33,759 nucleotides of DNA from Candidatus Woesearchaeota archaeon (GTDB taxonomy: Archaea; Nanobdellota; Nanobdellia; SCGC-AAA011-G17; PNOQ01), in contig JBDRML010000041.1 in the NCBI GenBank assembly GCA_043812195.1, positions 1 to 33,759 on the forward strand, written 5' to 3'. Below the pieces are notes generated by a model, which saw only the letters and a program-made list of their open reading frames with translations, made no database searches and was not told where the DNA came from. How positions within the stretch are numbered: position 1 is the stretch's first letter; each line of letters opens with the position of its first letter. Shown here one piece after another: positions 19,775 to 28,431 of this stretch. The position numbers and the translations under genes are program-made.

Positions 19775-20806
19775 ATGAAACTTAAACCAAACAAGCTGAA
19801 AAAAGGCGATACAATAGCATTTATAGCCCCTGCTTCAGGATTTGCAGCACTTGTACCACATAGGCTTGAAAAAGCCAAACAATTCTTTGAAGAAAAAGGG
19901 TATAAAGTAAAGATATTTCCAACTGCTACTAAAAATATAGGCTTAAGTTCAGACACTCCTGAAAATCGTGCAAAGGACTTTAATGATGCTTTCCGGGATT
20001 CAAAAATAAAAGCAATAATCTGCACAATAGGGGGAAATTCCTCACATCAAATATTAGAGTATTTAGATGCTGATTTAATAAAAAAGAATCCAAAAATATT
20101 TTGCGGATATTCAGATATAACTTCCTTGCATTTCTTTCTTAATAAAATATGTAATTTAGTTACTTTTTACGGTCCGACAGTAATACCTGAATTTGGAGAA
20201 ACATTAAACTTGGAAAAATATACTGTAGAATATTTCTTTAAAGCAGTTGCTAATTCTGAACCTATCGGTGAAGTTAAGCCCTCAAAGAAGTGGACTGATT
20301 TTAAAGAGTTGAATTGGCTTGAAAAAGAAGACCTAAAAATCGAAAGGAAATATAAACTAAATAAAGGTTACGAATGGCTAAAGAAAGGGAAATCAGAAGG
20401 AGAAATTATGGGGGGATGTATCACTTCTATGATGCATACAAGAGGAACCAAATATTGGCCAGATTTTGAAGGGAATATCTTGTTATTAGAAACTCCTGAA
20501 GGAGAAAGTTTTGATAAGGGAGAATCAATTGCAAACATAGATGCATTTTTAACAGATTTAAGAATTTCCAACGTTTTTGAAAAGATTAAAGGAATTGTAT
20601 TCGGGCGAGGATTTGGTTACAATGAAGATGATTTAAAAAAGTTAAAAGGTTCAATGTTAGAAAATAGCAGAGGGAATAATTTTCCAATTTTGTTCAATGT
20701 TGATATTGGCCATTCTGATCCTAAGATAACAATTCCTTTAGGGGTTAAAGTAAGTTTAGATTCAGAAAAAAATTGTTTTACAATACTAGAATCAGGTGTA
20801 AAATAA
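19775..20806 (+). CDS. S66 family peptidase (MccF / LD-carboxypeptidase)
   Basis: LKKGDTIAFIAPAS, GYSDIT (Ser), ILLLE (Glu region), DIGHSDP (His), TIPLG. Confidence 0.92.
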   Translation: MKLKPNKLKKGDTIAFIAPASGFAALVPHRLEKAKQFFEEKGYKVKIFPTATKNIGLSSDTPENRAKDFNDAFRDSKIKAIICTIGGNSSHQILEYLDADLIKKNPKIFCGYSDITSLHFFLNKICNLVTFYGPTVIPEFGETLNLEKYTVEYFFKAVANSEPIGEVKPSKKWTDFKELNWLEKEDLKIERKYKLNKGYEWLKKGKSEGEIMGGCITSMMHTRGTKYWPDFEGNILLLETPEGESFDKGESIANIDAFLTDLRISNVFEKIKGIVFGRGFGYNEDDLKKLKGSMLENSRGNNFPILFNVDIGHSDPKITIPLGVKVSLDSEKNCFTILESGVK

Positions 20807-20897
20807 AATAGCAATTAATAAGAGATTTTCTTTTAAAATAAAAGAAGCAAAGCTTGATAATAGATTAAATCTTGCTTGATATTTCTATTAATTCTCT

Positions 20898-21782
20898 TCA
20901 CTTATTTGCTGTCTTAAACTTCAAAGAAGGTATAGCAACCTCTGAAGGAGTTTTGTAATTTAATGCTTCGTGCTTTTTTATAAAATTGTAATATATCTCA
21001 ATTCCTTTCATTAATGAATAAGCAGAGTGAATTGAGCCGTGCAATCCTCTAAATGCTCTTGTTCTTTGTCTTATTGAATTATGAACTCTCTCAACCCAAA
21101 TATTAAATCCTTCTCCTTTTGAAGCATTTACAACTTTATGAGTTATCTTGTGCTTTCCTATGTTGTTATCATAACCCCAAGTTTTCTTAACTAAATTAGT
21201 GTAAGTTGTTAATCCATCTGTTGTAACAATTTTAACTCTCTCTTGTGTTTTATCTTTGACTTTGTTTAGAACAGATTTTAATTCCTTCTTGTTTCTGTTC
21301 TTTGCATAAGTAGAGTTAATTAAAAATCTTGTCTTAACATCAATAGCATTTATACTCCAATTTTTATCTATTCCTCTACTGCCTTTTTTGTGGCTTAATC
21401 TTCTATGGTATTCCATCTCATCAACTTCTATGTAAGAGCCAGAATTAATTTGAAGTTTATCAGTATATTCTAAAATTTGAACAGAGTATTTTCTAATCCA
21501 TCTCAATATTGTGCTGTGGTCTGAATTGTGTGGAAAGAATGCTTTGAAGTGTTCCTGCACTCCACGAATAGATAATCCTCTGAAAAACAAATCTAGAGCA
21601 CAGGTTATTTTTTGAGAGTTGTTTCTCATTCTATAAAAACCACTTCTCTCTATGAATTTTTTATTACAAGATTTACAGAAATATCTTTGTTGCTTTCCGT
21701 GTGCTTTTGTTTTGAAAGAGCCCCGCTTAACTACATCTTCTTTTCTTTTACAATACGGACATTTAATCTCTTTAATTCTCAT
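20898..21782 (-). mobile_element. IS1/IS6-like DDE transposase with N-terminal zinc finger; probable premature stop near the C-terminus
   Basis: ATG 21782 MRIKEIKCPYC...CKSC, HTH, EVDE / TTDG / VER, YYNFIKKHEALNYKTPSE; frame continues after TGA as RELIEISSKI*; termini not identified. Confidence 0.85.
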
Positions 21783-21784
21783 AG

Positions 21785-21832
21785 AATTATTAGGCACCCG
21801 AACTATATAAACCTTTCGGTGCCCGAATAATT
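21785..21832. promoter_or_regulatory. Transposase promoter bracketed by an imperfect inverted repeat (operator candidate)
   Basis: aattattaggcacccgaa ... ttcggtgcccgaataatt flanks the minus-strand BRE/TATA gaaaggtttatata; a third similar box lies at 22031-22053. Confidence 0.65.
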
Positions 21833-21874
21833 ATGGAAGAGGAAAATTAATTAAAATAAAATTGAAAAGCAGAA

Positions 21875-22033
21875 TTAGTCTTCTTCTATAATTATTTTCT
21901 TTTTTTCGAGTCTTACTTTAACTTCCTTATTTTTTAATCCACTATCTTCAACAATTTTTTTAGGAAGATTAATTCTATATTTAATATAAGTTGTATCTCC
22001 AATTTTTTTATCAAAAACTTTCATAATTTTCAT
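21875..22033 (-). CDS. 52-aa AbrB/MazE-like DNA-binding protein (not in ORF track)
   Basis: MKIMKVFDKKIGDTTYIKYRINLPKKIVEDSGLKNKEVKVRLEKKKIIIEED*; xxLPKxIV...G...V.V....KIII swapped-hairpin pattern. Confidence 0.7.
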   Translation of the reverse strand: MKIMKVFDKKIGDTTYIKYRINLPKKIVEDSGLKNKEVKVRLEKKKIIIEED

Positions 22034-22150
22034 AGAATTATTAGGTGCCCGAAGTTTTTAAGTCTTTCTAAATAAGCATATTTAAGACCAATTAACGCAC
22101 CAGTGAAAGACAAAAGAAAATTTTATAAACCTAAAAACCACTCCCAAAGA

Positions 22151-23101
22151 ATGAAATTTATGAGAAAAGCAATAAAGTTTATAGCAATTCCAATATTAAC
22201 TTCATCAATATTTTTAACTGATTGCAATACCAATAAAATACCTTCTAAGCCACAATCAGAAATAGGAAATATAATATATACAAGAGGAGAAGATGGAGTT
22301 ATAGGAAAATTATACACCAGCGATATTTACGGTGAAAATGAAAGATTGGTTTTAGACTGTGATTCTTGTATGCAGCCAACCTTCAGCCCAGATGGTGCCA
22401 AGATAGCTTATATTAAGCAAATTGGAGAAGATATCAGCGAAATATTCTTAATAGATTCAGATAGAGAAGAAACTAGATTAACTACCTTAGAAACCATTAC
22501 TAAAGATCCAACGTGGAGCCCAGATGGTTCCAAATTAGCATTTAGTTCAACTGGCTTAAAAGGAAATAAGAACAAGGAAAATTTAGATATATATATTATA
22601 AACTTAAATGGAGAAGAATTAAGAAGATTAACACAAAATAATTGGGTTGATGAGCAGCCATCATGGGCAAATAATGGTCAATGGATATTTTTCGTATCAA
22701 ACAAAACAGGGGCAAGCAACCTATATACTATGAGAAGTGATGGCAGCAATAAAATAGCCATAACTAACAATTCAGATTATAACGCCTATTGGCCATTGTT
22801 AAGTAACGATGGTTTAAAACTTTTATACACAATAGAAGAAATAACCAATGAAGGAAATTCAAAAATTATAGTTAGAGATTTTTTAAGCGGAGAAGAGTTA
22901 GGATTAACAAATTCTACATATGTTAGCGGAAGATTCAACAGAGCAATATGGGATAAAGCTGGAAAAAAAGCATTATTAGTTTCTAGTAATAAAGAAAGTG
23001 AAAATATGGAAATATCTTTGTTTGATACCAAAGATTATAAAATTACAAAAATAACAAATAACAATCACAATGAATATTTTCCACATTGGAGAAATAATTA
23101 A
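22151..23101 (+). CDS. TolB-like PD40 beta-propeller protein, secreted
   Basis: Repeats PTFSPDGAKIAY, PTWSPDGSKLAF, PSWANNGQWIFF, EYFPHW; N-terminal signal/lipobox-like LTD-C; start ATG 22151 or 22160. Confidence 0.85.
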   Translation: MKFMRKAIKFIAIPILTSSIFLTDCNTNKIPSKPQSEIGNIIYTRGEDGVIGKLYTSDIYGENERLVLDCDSCMQPTFSPDGAKIAYIKQIGEDISEIFLIDSDREETRLTTLETITKDPTWSPDGSKLAFSSTGLKGNKNKENLDIYIINLNGEELRRLTQNNWVDEQPSWANNGQWIFFVSNKTGASNLYTMRSDGSNKIAITNNSDYNAYWPLLSNDGLKLLYTIEEITNEGNSKIIVRDFLSGEELGLTNSTYVSGRFNRAIWDKAGKKALLVSSNKESENMEISLFDTKDYKITKITNNNHNEYFPHWRNN

Positions 23102-23402
23102 GATTTTTCTCTTCCCATTTCTTAACAACAGAAAAACTCTTATCTAAAAACTTTTCAAAATCCTTATTCTTTCTCCAGATTTTAACTAATTTTTCTCTTA
23201 ATTCTTTATGCATAGGATATCCTTTATCTTTAATTTTCAATAAGTCACGAAATTCTTCATTTAAAATAAAAGTTGTAGCTTCCTTAAGGTGTCCAATTAA
23301 TTCTTTACCAATTTTTTCTTCACAATAACTCCAATAATGCCAATGAAACATAAAATGCATCATTTCATGCATCATTGTTTTGATTTGCGCATCTGGGAAT
23401 GG
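23100..23402 (-). pseudogene. 3'-half fragment of an HEXXH protein, paralog of 26623-27327
   Basis: PFPDAQIKTMMHEMMHFMFHWHYW...GHLKEA...DKGYPMH matches 27019-27300; upstream sequence shows no similarity. Confidence 0.85.
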
Positions 23403-23544
23403 GAAAATATGGTAGAAAAAGAGTAAAAGATAAATTTTATAATAAGAAAAATAAAAATTTGTTACGGTTTTTAAAAGCAAGCTGTGAAAGAAAACTTTTC
23501 CTGCTTTGACCTTAGGGCAGTTCACAAAATATGAATACAAATTT

Positions 23545-24081
23545 TTATTCTAAATAAACATTTTCAGAATCCTTTATATTCTCTTCAAAATCACCCTTCA
23601 AATTAATTCCTTTAATAAACAATCCATCTTTATTCTTTTCAATAATTGAAACAGAGCAGTTGTCTAAGACAAGGTTTTTCCATAGATTTTTTTTGCTTTT
23701 AATAATTTTGTTTAGAAAATATCTTATAAAATTCCCGTGGCAGAAAATAGCAAAGTTACCTTCGTTTTCAATAATTTCATCAAGAAAATCGTCTGCTCTT
23801 TTTTTATCCTCCAATTCTCTGTTTGGAGAAGCCCCTTCTTTTTTAGGACCTCCGACCAAAACTCTATAAACTTCTCTTAATCTTTTGTCTTCAACAAAAT
23901 TTTCAGAGTATTCTTTAGCAGTTTCTTTTGCTCTCTCTAAATCACTTGTGTAAACTTTATCAATTTTTAATTTTTTTAATTTTTTAGCTAATTCCTTAGA
24001 TTGCAAAACTCCCTTTTCGCTAAGTTTTGCTTCTCCTTCCTGGATTTCTGTATGTCCATGTCTTATTAAAAAAAGCCTCAT
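23545..24081 (-). CDS. Histidine phosphatase (phosphoglycerate mutase family)
   Basis: LIRHG, YTSDLERAKETA, LREV, FCHGN. Confidence 0.92.
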   Translation of the reverse strand: MRLFLIRHGHTEIQEGEAKLSEKGVLQSKELAKKLKKLKIDKVYTSDLERAKETAKEYSENFVEDKRLREVYRVLVGGPKKEGASPNRELEDKKRADDFLDEIIENEGNFAIFCHGNFIRYFLNKIIKSKKNLWKNLVLDNCSVSIIEKNKDGLFIKGINLKGDFEENIKDSENVYLE

Positions 24082-24124
24082 AATTTTAAAGAAATGATAA
24101 AGTATATAAAATTAATTGTTTCTC

Positions 24125-24148
24125 CAGTATCTCCTTGCGGAGATACTG
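24125..24148. repeat. Perfect 10-bp hairpin
   Basis: cagtatctcc-ttgc-ggagatactg. Confidence 0.8.
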
Positions 24149-24474
24149 AAGATAATAGAAAAATTCATAAATGAATATGAAAAAGTTAGTAAATTATCTG
24201 TACGAAGAAAGTTAATAATCCCTTTGATTATTTTTGATAACTGTAAATTATGTTTATGGTTTTTTTATAATAATAAATCAAACAAACAATTAGTTCGGGA
24301 TTTCATAAACGAAACTAAACTATTATTTAATGAATTAAGAGCTCATAAAAATTAAAGTTGAAAGAGCATTTAAACAAATAAAAGTATTAGGTATAGTGTA
24401 TAAATTTTAAGGAAAATGAAAGAATTTTGGAAAGACTGGAAAAACGTATCAGAATTGGGAAAAAATGCAACTCT

Positions 24475-25413
24475 TTAGAATTTTCCTTGTTCAAATTCCT
24501 TAAGAATTTGCCTATGTTCATCTAAAATCCAACCAAGTCTTTTTTGCTTGAACCAAATTGTTCTGGAAACAGCCAACAAATGTAAAAGAAAATATCCTTT
24601 TATTAGCTTCAATTCCTTTTTTGTGAAATGTTTTTTATATCCTCTTAAAAAATGTTTAAAATTTTTGCTATCATCAACTTTAAATCTTATCCAATATGCA
24701 GTTTGTCCAATATCTGCTAAGCTATGGCCTTTCATAGCATTATCAAAATCGAATATTCCAGTGGTATCTCCTTTAGAATTTACATTTAGATTTGATAAAT
24801 GATAATCCCAGTGAAGAGGAACAAAGTCTATTTTCTCATTCTTCAAGATTTCCCAAAATTCGCTTAATTCTTTTTCTAAAAAATCAAAATAATTATTAAA
24901 TTTTCTACTAAAAAATTTAAGATATTTTTTAACTCTTAGCAGTGTCCATTTTTTCCATTCTTGCTGATTTTTTATCTCATGATGCTGATGAATCCAAAAA
25001 GATGGAATTTTCAATTGATGAATTTTTCTTAAATTTTCTCCGGCATTAAATAGAATGTTTTTCTGTAAATTTTGATTTCTATTCTTATATACATTACTAG
25101 CAACGTCACCTAAGCAATATTCCATAATTGAAATGAATTTCTTATCAATAACACCATCAAAAAATACTTTGGGCGCAGGAATTTTATATTCATTTAAATA
25201 ATTGAGAATTTTGTTATTTTGGTGAATTTTATTTTTATTCTTTAACTTACTTAATTTTGCAACAACTATTTTAGGATGGTTGCTGATTCTAACCTTGAAA
25301 GTTGAACTAACTAAACCTGTGGAAAATTCTTCATAAGATTTAATATTTGCTTTTGGGAACGATTTTTGAATAATTCTTTCTATTTTCTTTTTGTTGAATT
25401 TTAATTTGCTCAT
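24475..25413 (-). CDS. Aminoglycoside phosphotransferase/choline kinase family protein
   Basis: IPAPKV, IMEY, LHWDYHLSN (HxDxxxxN), GIFDFD. Confidence 0.88.
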   Translation of the reverse strand: MSKLKFNKKKIERIIQKSFPKANIKSYEEFSTGLVSSTFKVRISNHPKIVVAKLSKLKNKNKIHQNNKILNYLNEYKIPAPKVFFDGVIDKKFISIMEYCLGDVASNVYKNRNQNLQKNILFNAGENLRKIHQLKIPSFWIHQHHEIKNQQEWKKWTLLRVKKYLKFFSRKFNNYFDFLEKELSEFWEILKNEKIDFVPLHWDYHLSNLNVNSKGDTTGIFDFDNAMKGHSLADIGQTAYWIRFKVDDSKNFKHFLRGYKKHFTKKELKLIKGYFLLHLLAVSRTIWFKQKRLGWILDEHRQILKEFEQGKF

Positions 25414-25459
25414 ATACTATTTAAAAATACCTTATTTTTAATGTTTTCTAAAAAATGTC

Positions 25460-25688
25460 TTAATTATAGTTATTTGTCCAACTACTTTTTTATTAACTAG
25501 GATTACAAATTTGCATGCTTTTTCTGTTTTCCAGTTTTTTATATCCTTGGATATTTTATCTTTTATGTAAGATTCGGGAACTGGATATGGATGAACTGGA
25601 TTAAGTGTCTTTAATATTTCCTTATCTGAAAGTATTTTTGCAATATCTTTTGCATATGATGCTTTAATTTTTTTAGTTCTGTTTTCAT
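25460..25688 (-). pseudogene. Truncated, frameshifted RimJ/RimL-type GNAT acetyltransferase
   Basis: MKTELKK/IKASYAKDIAKILSDKEILKTLNPVHPYPV...NWKTEKACKFVILVNKKVVGQI; shift in an A7 run; acetyl-CoA-binding half missing. Confidence 0.6.
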
Positions 25689-25703
25689 TGTTTAGATGTG
25701 TTT

Positions 25704-26549
25704 TTATTTTGTTAATACAGTAATTTTCTCTTTTTTAATGTCTAAAAACCCCAATTTATTTTGGGGAATAAATTTTTCATCATGAAAATCGCTTCCTCCA
25801 GAAAGTTTGAGATTATATTTTTTAGCCATGTGTTCTCCGAATTTTATTTCCTCTTTATTTGTATTAGGAACATAGATTTCTAGCCCATCTAATCCATATC
25901 TTATGAGCTCCTTGATTAGGGTTTCTTGCTCTTTAAAAGTTTTAAATTTATCTTCATATTTATACATGGATAAATGCGCTAAAACGGCGATTCCCCCTGC
26001 TTCATGAATTATTTTAATCGCTTCATCTGCATAAATTTCATCATATAGCTGTTTAAGATAACATGGACCTCCCTTGATTAATGCTTTTATGCCTTCTTTA
26101 ATGCTTTTAACTAGTTTTTTGTCTAAAAGAACCATGGCAATGTGTGGAACACTTGGGAATCCTTTTGTCTTGGCTTTAATTTCATTAAAAGTTATGTTTG
26201 TTTTGAAATAGTTATTGACTAATCTTAAAATTTTCCTTATTTTTATTTTTCTTAGTTTAATTTTTCTGTTTGATAGTTCTTTTATTTTTTTATGTTTGTG
26301 GTTAAAATATAATCCAACCATGTGAATTTTTTCTTTAGAACATCTTACTTTGGAACTAATTTCTATTCCTGTTATGATTTCTATATCCTTCCCTTCAGAA
26401 TATTTTAATGCACTTGATAAGGCAGAAACAACATCATGGTCAGTAATTGATAATATTTTTACTTTTCTCTTTATAGCTAAATCTATAATTTCCTTTGGGC
26501 TTAATGAGCCATCTGAGTATATCGTGTGGGTGTGTAAATCAATTTTCAT
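25704..26549 (-). CDS. PHP domain phosphoesterase (TrpH/YciV-like)
   Basis: IDLHTHTIYSDG, ITDHD, GIEIS, VLAH, GLDGLE, GGSDFH. Confidence 0.92.
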   Translation of the reverse strand: MKIDLHTHTIYSDGSLSPKEIIDLAIKRKVKILSITDHDVVSALSSALKYSEGKDIEIITGIEISSKVRCSKEKIHMVGLYFNHKHKKIKELSNRKIKLRKIKIRKILRLVNNYFKTNITFNEIKAKTKGFPSVPHIAMVLLDKKLVKSIKEGIKALIKGGPCYLKQLYDEIYADEAIKIIHEAGGIAVLAHLSMYKYEDKFKTFKEQETLIKELIRYGLDGLEIYVPNTNKEEIKFGEHMAKKYNLKLSGGSDFHDEKFIPQNKLGFLDIKKEKITVLTK

Positions 26550-26622
26550 AAATTATCTGAATTTGTGGCGTTTATATTAATTATGGAGATACTTTTTTAA
26601 ACTAAATTAACTATGTTATTTG

Positions 26623-27327
26623 ATGGTGCCTAAACTTGTTTTTAAGAAAAACAAAAAATTAGATATTATTAATTGTTATAATGCTATAAATGGTAAAAGT
26701 TTTGGCACTTATTTTAAGTCATTTACTGAAGATTTCATTAAAAAAATAAAAGATAAACCTTTTGAAGAAGTGAAAGAAATAATTAAGGAGAAAATAGATT
26801 TTGCTTATGAAAGAGATAAAGAGAGAATTGAATTTGTACTGAAAGAATCTGAAAAGGGATGGATGAGAATAAATGATGAATTCTTTAATAGATTAGAGAA
26901 AATAATGAAAAAAAAGTTTTTACCTAAAAAAATTACAGTTTATGCTACTGTTTTGGGAAGATGTGACTATAATTATAGTTTAGATGATCCATTTTTTAAG
27001 ATTTCTATAAGATCTTCACCAATTCCTGATACACAAATTAAAACTATGATGCATGAAATGATGCATTTTATGTTTCATTGGCACTATTGGGATTATTGCG
27101 AGAAAAAAATCGGCAAAGAACTAACAGGCCATCTTAAAGAAGCTCTAACATTTATTTTAAATGAAGAATTTAATGATATAGGGGGATATGAAGATAAAGG
27201 ATATCCTATGCATAGAGAATTAAGGAAAAAACTAACCAAAATTTGGAGAAAAGACAAAGACTTTGAAACATTTTTGGATAAAAGCATTAATGTTATGAAA
27301 AGATTTAAACACAAAAAAAGAATTTGA
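26623..27327 (+). CDS. HEXXH zinc metallopeptidase-like protein
   Basis: MHEMMH with a downstream LKEAL glutamate (gluzincin-like arrangement). Confidence 0.65.
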   Translation: MVPKLVFKKNKKLDIINCYNAINGKSFGTYFKSFTEDFIKKIKDKPFEEVKEIIKEKIDFAYERDKERIEFVLKESEKGWMRINDEFFNRLEKIMKKKFLPKKITVYATVLGRCDYNYSLDDPFFKISIRSSPIPDTQIKTMMHEMMHFMFHWHYWDYCEKKIGKELTGHLKEALTFILNEEFNDIGGYEDKGYPMHRELRKKLTKIWRKDKDFETFLDKSINVMKRFKHKKRI

Positions 27328-27583
27328 AAAATTAGTAAAGGCTAAAGGATTAAAAATAGAACTTAATTCACAACCCAACTTAAAAAAAAGAGATCTAAAC
27401 ATTAGTGAAGCAGAGATACTCATTACAGGAGATAATAATATTTTATTAGATGAAGCTAAAACTATAGTAGGAAAATTTACAGACATAATGAAAGAAGATG
27501 CCAAAGTTGTCTGGCAATGTAATATTTCTGAAGAAAAGAAAGACAAAATAGAAGTTATCAGAAAATTTTCTTTTGAGAAATAG
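27299..27583 (+). pseudogene. 94-codon frame lacking a 5' start, resembling the FtsZ C-terminal domain
   Basis: EAEILITGDNNILLDEAKTIVGKFTDIMKEDAKVVWQCNISEEKKDKIEVI resembles the FtsZ-C pattern ALINITGG.DLTLEEA..IV......DA.IIWG..ID. Confidence 0.45.
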
Positions 27584-27653
27584 GCAAACAAAACATTTAT
27601 AAATACATCCTTGCAACATATATGCTAGAGTATATACTTACTCAGGGGGGAAA

Positions 27654-27830
27654 ATGAAAAATATCTATGTGGGCAAAGAAGAATATTTGGCTGATTTTAT
27701 TGAAGACCCGATAAATTTAGAATACAAAACGCCATACGGTGGAAAATGTACAAAATGTAGTACATGTACAAAATGTGGTGGTAAATGTAGTAAATGTTCA
27801 TTAGATAGAGAAATCGCGGATGAATTATAA
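27654..27830 (+). CDS. Putative RiPP (azole-containing peptide) precursor, 58 aa, not in ORF track
   Basis: MKNIYVGKEEYLADFIEDPINLEYKTPYGG-KCTKCSTCTKCGGKCSKCS-LDREIADEL*; G-rich RBS agggggg just upstream, TATA-like tttataaa near 27596, heads the YcaO/SagB operon. Confidence 0.82.
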   Translation: MKNIYVGKEEYLADFIEDPINLEYKTPYGGKCTKCSTCTKCGGKCSKCSLDREIADEL

Positions 27831-27850
27831 TCGCGATTTCTTTTTTCTTT
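27809..27850 (+). terminator. Hairpin plus T-run at the 3' end of the precursor gene
   Basis: agaaatcgcg (27809-27818) pairs with cgcgatttct (27832-27841), followed by tttttcttt. Confidence 0.65.
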
Positions 27851-27858
27851 CTAAAAAA

Positions 27859-28431
27859 ATGGTGAAAATAAATTTTTTTTACAGCAACCAACTTCAATTC
27901 AATATACTTAATTGCCCATACAATTGGAAAAAACTAGATAATTTTTTAAATAAATTAGAAAGGTTATTTAATAAAAATAAAATATATATATTAAACGAGA
28001 TTAAAAGATTAACAGGAATAAAATGGAAACAAAAAAGCATTGATGTTTGGCTTTTCGAAGGTTGGAAATCTTCTATCTCTTATCCACTTCTTTTGAATAC
28101 TTATGAATATAATCTAGATTTTTGTTTTTTTAATTTAGTTCATGAATTAATTCATAATAATTTAATAAATTTCAAGGAATTAAATATAAAAGATAAAATA
28201 AAAGGATGGGATGCAAATGAATTAGAAGCAATTGTTGAATTAATTACTTTAAATGTTTTTAAGAACATATATTCTGAAAAAAAATTAAAAAAAATGTGTA
28301 AATTATCCGAACTAGATGGATCTTATAAGTATATATGGATTAGAGTAAGAGAATTAGAAAAAGAAATAGATTTTTCTAAAACGACGATAATTGAATGGTG
28401 TAAAAGTAAGAAATATGTTATTTCAAAATGA
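27859..28431 (+). CDS. HEXXH (gluzincin-like) metallopeptidase, candidate leader/follower protease
   Basis: LVHELIH plus NELEAIV; start ATG 27859 preferred; ATGA overlap with ycaO. Confidence 0.7.
   Translation: MVKINFFYSNQLQFNILNCPYNWKKLDNFLNKLERLFNKNKIYILNEIKRLTGIKWKQKSIDVWLFEGWKSSISYPLLLNTYEYNLDFCFFNLVHELIHNNLINFKELNIKDKIKGWDANELEAIVELITLNVFKNIYSEKKLKKMCKLSELDGSYKYIWIRVRELEKEIDFSKTTIIEWCKSKKYVISK

Noticed and set aside
20898-20900. TGA recoding (alternative genetic code or selenocysteine)
   Set aside because: Other genes (ATPase, T2SS-F, oapA) end properly at TGA and Trp is encoded by TGG; a single nonsense mutation is simpler
23043-23540. Track ORF of 165 aa as an intact gene
   Set aside because: Only 23100-23402 matches the paralog; the N-terminal part looks non-coding and the end overlaps the TolB-like gene
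24116-24355. 79-aa ORF as a real gene
   Set aside because: TTG start running through a hairpin with no clear promoter or RBS; more likely a 3' gene fragment
27740-27800. aaatgta-type short repeats as a CRISPR or tandem DNA repeat
   Set aside because: They are the Lys-Cys-Thr/Ser codons of the precursor; no spacers and no cas genes
27654-27830. Precursor as a SCIFF/ranthipeptide or plain zinc finger
   Set aside because: No radical SAM gene in the window; leader-GG-core layout and adjacent YcaO/SagB fit azole chemistry better, though metal binding is not excluded
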